DNA of 64,000 nucleotides from Chlamydiota bacterium (GTDB lineage Bacteria; Chlamydiota; Chlamydiia; Chlamydiales; RGXB01): NCBI GenBank assembly GCA_016866495.1, contig VGMG01000003.1, positions 75,330 to 139,329 of the forward strand, read 5' to 3'. Shown piece by piece: positions 57,844 to 64,000 of this stretch (position 1 is its first letter; each line of letters starts with the position of its first letter). The notes under the pieces were generated by a model. It saw only the letters and a program-made list of their open reading frames with translations, ran no database searches and was not told where the DNA came from. The position numbers and the translations under genes were made by a program.

Positions 57844-58128
57844 CTATTTATCCTTTTCTAAACGCTCCTTCATACCTTGAGTTTTTTTGCTCAACGGAGC
57901 GGAGTTGCGATTTTTATCAAAAAGACCGAGATCGTCCTTTGTGACGGAATCTCTTGACCAAGAGTGGCGTGATATCCAGTCGGCTATTTGGTCTTTTTTT
58001 TCATCGATCGCCTGAGATGTTACCATAGTATCGATCTTTTTTAGTCGAGTTTTTAGTTTTTCACGCGCTTTTTTTGTTTTTTCGCTCTCTTGCGCTACCT
58101 TTTTATCATTATCAACACGTGTTGCCAT
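57844..58128 (-). CDS. Small highly charged hypothetical protein (94 aa)
   Basis: ATG 58128 after GAGGG; its stop abuts the tyrS ATG. Confidence 0.6.
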   Translation of the reverse strand: MATRVDNDKKVAQESEKTKKAREKLKTRLKKIDTMVTSQAIDEKKDQIADWISRHSWSRDSVTKDDLGLFDKNRNSAPLSKKTQGMKERLEKDK

Positions 58129-58392
58129 GAATTTTGCCCTCAAAAATAGGATGGCTTTATCTTGCGATCTTCTTAAAATTTTGTAAACCAGGAACTTTAA
58201 CCTCAAATCAGTAAATAAAAAGTTTTTTTATATTTTTCTAAGATTATTAATTGTTGCTGGATGGCCTGAGATCTGTTTTTGATTAAAAAAAAATTTTTTT
58301 CTATCCTAAGTTTTTACAAGTCTACAATCTAAAATTCAATAGAATGGTTTGATTTGAATTAAAACGAAAAAATCGGCACTAAAAGGATTAGA

Positions 58393-59070
58393 ATGCGCGA
58401 TGAGATGAAAGCCCACGCCGCCAAAAAGGCGTTTGAAATTTTGCTGGAAAAGGCTAGACACCCGTTTAAGTTGGGGATAGGCAGCGGATCGACCTCTGAG
58501 GCTTTCTTAAAAATCCTTATGAAAAGACACCATGAGCTCCCCCCATTCGAGTGTGTCGCTAGCTCAAAAAAAATATTTGATATGAGCCACAAAATTCTCC
58601 CCTACATGAAAGAAGACTCTTTTGAATCTTTAGACTTTTATATTGATGGTGCGGATGAAGTCTCACTAGATAACAACTTTCATCTGATTAAAGGGGGCGG
58701 CGGTTGCCTTACGCGCGAAAAGATTCTTTTTACCAGCGCCAAGTACCGAATTATCATGGTGGATCTTACAAAACTGCAACGTGGTCCTATAGGAGCCGGA
58801 TTCAAAAAAATTCCGGTTGAGGTGCTCCCTTTTGGCCTACGTTCGACATTGAGATTAATCCACCACAAAGGAAATATCCGTAAAGATTTTGTCACTGACC
58901 AGGGAGCAATCATTTTTGATATGCAAGCCCCATTAGGTGGCCACAAACCTACACCCGAAATTTGCCAAGAGCTCTGCAACATACCGGGAGTAATCGAAGT
59001 GGGGGTTTTTCCCCCGCCCCAACTTTTTATCGTCGGCAAAGAGGACTCGGCAGAGGTGATCCATGTTTGA
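58393..59070 (+). CDS. rpiA: Ribose-5-phosphate isomerase A
   Basis: GIGSGST, DGADEV, IKGGGG..TREK and PVEV motifs. Confidence 0.93.
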   Translation: MRDEMKAHAAKKAFEILLEKARHPFKLGIGSGSTSEAFLKILMKRHHELPPFECVASSKKIFDMSHKILPYMKEDSFESLDFYIDGADEVSLDNNFHLIKGGGGCLTREKILFTSAKYRIIMVDLTKLQRGPIGAGFKKIPVEVLPFGLRSTLRLIHHKGNIRKDFVTDQGAIIFDMQAPLGGHKPTPEICQELCNIPGVIEVGVFPPPQLFIVGKEDSAEVIHV

Positions 59071-59452
59071 CGAAACCCTGATCCCTATCGAGTCTTATGA
59101 AGTCGACCCCCACCCAAATTACACCCTTTTTAAGCTCCACACAAAAAAAGGGACAATTCCACTCTATACCTCATCCGATGTAAACGAACAGCTTAGACGA
59201 GAATACAGGCGTCCAATAACGCATGACATTATTTCTGGTGTTGTTGAGGGTTTTGAACTCAAGATCATCAAATGCATCATCGACCACGTAGAAGAATCGA
59301 TCTACTTCGCCAAACTTTTTGTAGATCGATCGGGAAAGGAGATAGTTTCCATAGATATAAGGCCTAGTGATGTGCTGATCCTTTTGAAAACCCATAAGTT
59401 TCCCTTGTATATTTCTCAAAAGGTGATAGATCTCACAAAAGATGAACCCTAA
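59063..59452 (+). CDS. Bifunctional nuclease (DUF151) family protein
   Basis: RPITHD, IYFAKL and IDIRPSD motifs. Confidence 0.85.
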   Translation: MFDETLIPIESYEVDPHPNYTLFKLHTKKGTIPLYTSSDVNEQLRREYRRPITHDIISGVVEGFELKIIKCIIDHVEESIYFAKLFVDRSGKEIVSIDIRPSDVLILLKTHKFPLYISQKVIDLTKDEP

Positions 59453-59739
59453 TAAGTAATATAAAAACGGTTCCTAGAAAGATCCAATAGCGATCGAACC
59501 GCCTCCTCGGCATCCTCCCCATCCGCCTCAACACACACCTTGGATCCTTTTGCGGCAGCTAACATCAAAATCCCCAGAATAGATTTTCCATTGATAGTCA
59601 AGTCCTCAAAACGTAAGGTGATATTCGATTTAAATTGCGCAGCACAGCGGACAAATTCCGCTGCAGGTCTCGTATGGAGCCCTTTTTCATTCAATACGAT
59701 GAAATAGCCTTTGGCTTTTTGGTCTCTTTGATCGATCAT
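59449..59739 (-). CDS. ptsH: Phosphocarrier protein HPr
   Basis: GLHTRPA (His15) and GKSILGILML (Ser46). Confidence 0.94.
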   Translation of the reverse strand: MIDQRDQKAKGYFIVLNEKGLHTRPAAEFVRCAAQFKSNITLRFEDLTINGKSILGILMLAAAKGSKVCVEADGEDAEEAVRSLLDLSRNRFYITY

Positions 59740-61496
59740 GTGTCCAATTGATCAACTAATTGTTTAAACGCATCTAATGCTTTTTGGATCGTATTAGGAT
59801 CCCTTACATCTACATTAGCATCTTTTAAAATGTCGACGGGCTTTTTGGAGCTCCCTGAACTTATAAATTCAAGGTACCTTTTTTTCCCCTCAACAGGGTC
59901 TTTCAGCAAGTTTGCGTGGAGTGCTAGGCTTGCACTCATCCCTATTGCATACTGATAGACATAAAACGAAGAGTAGAAATGGGGGATTCTTAAAGCCTCA
60001 ACTCCGAGCAACGGGTCTATTACAAAGCTGTCTCCATAATATTTTCTATAAAGATCATTAAAAACACCACAAATATAATCTGCAGTCAAAACACCTTTGT
60101 TTTCGACGTATCCATGAGCCTGTTTTTCGAAATGGGCAAATAGAGTTTGACGGTGCACTGTCGCGCGAATAGCTTCAGCTTTGTAATGAAGATAGTATTG
60201 TTTCACTTTAGGATCTTGAATTTTCTTCATCAAAAGATTGTACAAGAGTTCCTCATGAAAGGTCGAGGCGACCTCAGCAACGAAAATAGTGTAGGACGCA
60301 TAAGGGTAGGGCTGATTTTTATTGCTGTAGTAGCTATGCATACTATGCCCAAGCTCGTGTGCCAGGGTAAAAAGATCTCTGATGGATCCTGTGAAATTCA
60401 TCAAAATATAGGGGTGAGATTTATAGTAACCTGAAGAGTAGGCCCCACTTCTTTTACCCGGTCTTTCAAACCAATCCACCCAACGCTCTTTTTTAAGCCC
60501 TTTCTCAGCTATCGCCACATACTCTTCTCCCAAAGGCCGAATCGACTCGAGCACTAGCCCAATAGCCTCATCGAGCGAGAACTTAACCTCTACCTCTTCA
60601 AATGGCTCAGCGTAGAGATCGTAAGGATGGACATTTTTTAGACCCAGTACTTTTCCTTTCCACTGAACGTAACGGTGTAGCTGCTTGAGATTTTCCTTTT
60701 TTTCCACAGTTTCTAAAAGTGTTGCATAGACAGACAGAGGAATTTCATTGGAAAATAGCGCCGCCTCCATCGAGGAGTCAAATTTTCGAACTTTGCGATA
60801 AAAATCATTCTCAAGAACTTTTTGATAGTAATTTTCACTTAGTGTGAGCTTCACCTTCTCAAAAGAGGAGAAAAGATTCGTGAAAGCACTTTGTCGAAGA
60901 GTGCGATCCGATGATTTCACCAGGTTTTGATAGCTGGCAAGTGTTAGCGGATATTTTTCCCCTGTAGAATCAACAGCGTCATCAAACTTCAATTCGACGT
61001 TGTTCAATATGCTAAATAGTGAGGAGCTCCGCTGTGTCACACCACATAAAGAGAGAATCTTCTCCTCTTCTTCATTCAAGGTATGGGGTCGACTTAACAG
61101 AATTCGCTCCAAATAGCGGGCATATTTCCCTTTTGGTTGCAGATGAGGAATTTTTAAAATTTCTGAACGCATCCAACTGGTATTTGCATCAAAATCGCTA
61201 TAAAGAGATCTTGCTTGATTTAACCGCATCAGGTTTTGCTGATCTGAAATGTCCCCGTCACTCAAAAGATGCGCATAGGTATACAGCTTTTCGAGCATCT
61301 GGTTGAAATCGAAAAAGGCATCTAAAGAGGCCTCCAGATTTTTTGGATCTTTTCCAAGCTCTCCCCTAAAACGGATCACCGCTTCAAAGCCCTGTTTCAG
61401 CATTTTCTCATAATTTTGGTCCCAAGCCCTTTCATCATTATAAAGCGGCTTGAGGTCCCACCTTGACACATCTTCATGATCGTACATAAAGGTCAT
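59736..61496 (-). CDS. pepF: Oligoendopeptidase F
   Basis: WDL, GKRSGAYS, HELGHSMH zinc motif, AEVAS, PHFY and YVYQYA; start ATG 61496 or 61487. Confidence 0.95.
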   Translation of the reverse strand: MTFMYDHEDVSRWDLKPLYNDERAWDQNYEKMLKQGFEAVIRFRGELGKDPKNLEASLDAFFDFNQMLEKLYTYAHLLSDGDISDQQNLMRLNQARSLYSDFDANTSWMRSEILKIPHLQPKGKYARYLERILLSRPHTLNEEEEKILSLCGVTQRSSSLFSILNNVELKFDDAVDSTGEKYPLTLASYQNLVKSSDRTLRQSAFTNLFSSFEKVKLTLSENYYQKVLENDFYRKVRKFDSSMEAALFSNEIPLSVYATLLETVEKKENLKQLHRYVQWKGKVLGLKNVHPYDLYAEPFEEVEVKFSLDEAIGLVLESIRPLGEEYVAIAEKGLKKERWVDWFERPGKRSGAYSSGYYKSHPYILMNFTGSIRDLFTLAHELGHSMHSYYSNKNQPYPYASYTIFVAEVASTFHEELLYNLLMKKIQDPKVKQYYLHYKAEAIRATVHRQTLFAHFEKQAHGYVENKGVLTADYICGVFNDLYRKYYGDSFVIDPLLGVEALRIPHFYSSFYVYQYAIGMSASLALHANLLKDPVEGKKRYLEFISSGSSKKPVDILKDANVDVRDPNTIQKALDAFKQLVDQLDT

Positions 61497-61557
61497 CTTC
61501 TTAAATTGGCGAAAAAAAGACAATCTCTAAAGAAATTATCGTGTCGAAATTTAAGTG

Positions 61558-61584
61558 TTAGCAATTGTAATTTACAACTGCTAA
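61558..61584. promoter_or_regulatory. CIRCE element (HrcA operator)
   Basis: TTAGCAATT-N9-AACTGCTAA versus consensus TTAGCACTC-N9-GAGTGCTAA; upstream of groES. Confidence 0.85.
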
Positions 61585-61589
61585 ATTTA

Positions 61590-61618
61590 TTGCAAAAAAA
61601 TCCTCTCCTTGATAACAT
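61590..61618 (+). promoter_or_regulatory. groESL promoter
   Basis: TTGCAA-17 nt-TAACAT directly downstream of CIRCE. Confidence 0.65.
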
Positions 61619-61654
61619 CTTTAACAAATTTCAAAAACACCATGGGAAACCCTT

Positions 61655-63569
<1,915 letters not shown>

Positions 63570-63595
63570 TTAGAGGTTACTGAAAACTTAAAATG

Positions 63596-63623
63596 AAAGC
63601 CCCTTTTCAAAAGGGGCTTTTTT
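63596..63623. terminator. Terminator after groEL (bidirectional)
   Basis: AAAGCCCCTTTT-C-AAAAGGGGCTTT-TTT. Confidence 0.85.
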
Positions 63624-63626
63624 ACT

Positions 63627-63998
63627 CTATCCTTTTAAACAGGGTTGTATAAAAATCTCATCAAACTTCTTCATCACGACTTCGGGCGAGAATTCTTTGG
63701 AATAAGCATCCCAGTCCATTTGTTTTATCTCTTCTTTATTCTTTGCAACCCACTCTAAATGTCGTCGAAATTGGCCACTATTTGTGAAAAAAAGCCCCTT
63801 TTTACCTAAAATTTGAAAATGGGATAGGTCTTTGCCCGGAAATGAAATAATTGGTTTGTTTTTTACAGAAAATTCTGCACATGCAAGCCCGAAAGTCTCT
63901 CCATCTAATCGAGCATGTATCATAGCATCGCAGGTGTTAATAAATTTCTCTACAAATAAGGAATCCTCAGTAGGTTCAAGAAAGAAAATATTTTTACA
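63627..63998 (-). CDS. 3' part (partial) of a GT-B glycosyltransferase (GT4-like)
   Basis: Frame open to the window edge: KFINTCDAMIHARLDGETFGLACAEFSVKNKPII (E-x7-E motif) ... FSPEVVMKKF. Confidence 0.75.
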   Translation of the reverse strand, partial: CKNIFFLEPTEDSLFVEKFINTCDAMIHARLDGETFGLACAEFSVKNKPIISFPGKDLSHFQILGKKGLFFTNSGQFRRHLEWVAKNKEEIKQMDWDAYSKEFSPEVVMKKFDEIFIQPCLKG

Positions 63999-64000
63999 TA

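Overview
A 64 kb chromosomal segment of an environmental member of the Chlamydiota. The assignment rests on Chlamydia-type gene order: V-ATPase E/DUF2764/A/B/D/I/K - tal - rpoC/rpoB/rplLJAK/nusG/secE/tRNA-Trp/tuf/tRNA-Thr/infA - sufE; HEAT/HIT/MYG1/LOG-like/DUF1207; msbA/accA/YkuD/IHF; and pepF/CIRCE/groES/groEL. Small islets of probable host-interaction genes interrupt this backbone. The most notable are: (i) an AvrB-like Fido-fold protein with its own near-consensus promoter, inserted between tal and rpoC; (ii) two tandem paralogues with a diphtheria-toxin/PARP-like ADP-ribosyltransferase signature, one carrying an apparent mitochondrial presequence; (iii) a membrane sulfatase/LtaS-type protein fused to eukaryote-like LRRs; (iv) a serpin; (v) three Inc-like proteins and a membrane-hairpin alpha/beta-hydrolase pair; (vi) a plant/giant-virus-type NDP-rhamnose epimerase-reductase fragment at the left edge; and (vii) several microprotein ORFs below the ORF-track cutoff. 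I saw no CRISPR array, rRNA, integrase or transposase. All family calls come from motif recognition by eye and from memory; no searches were run.
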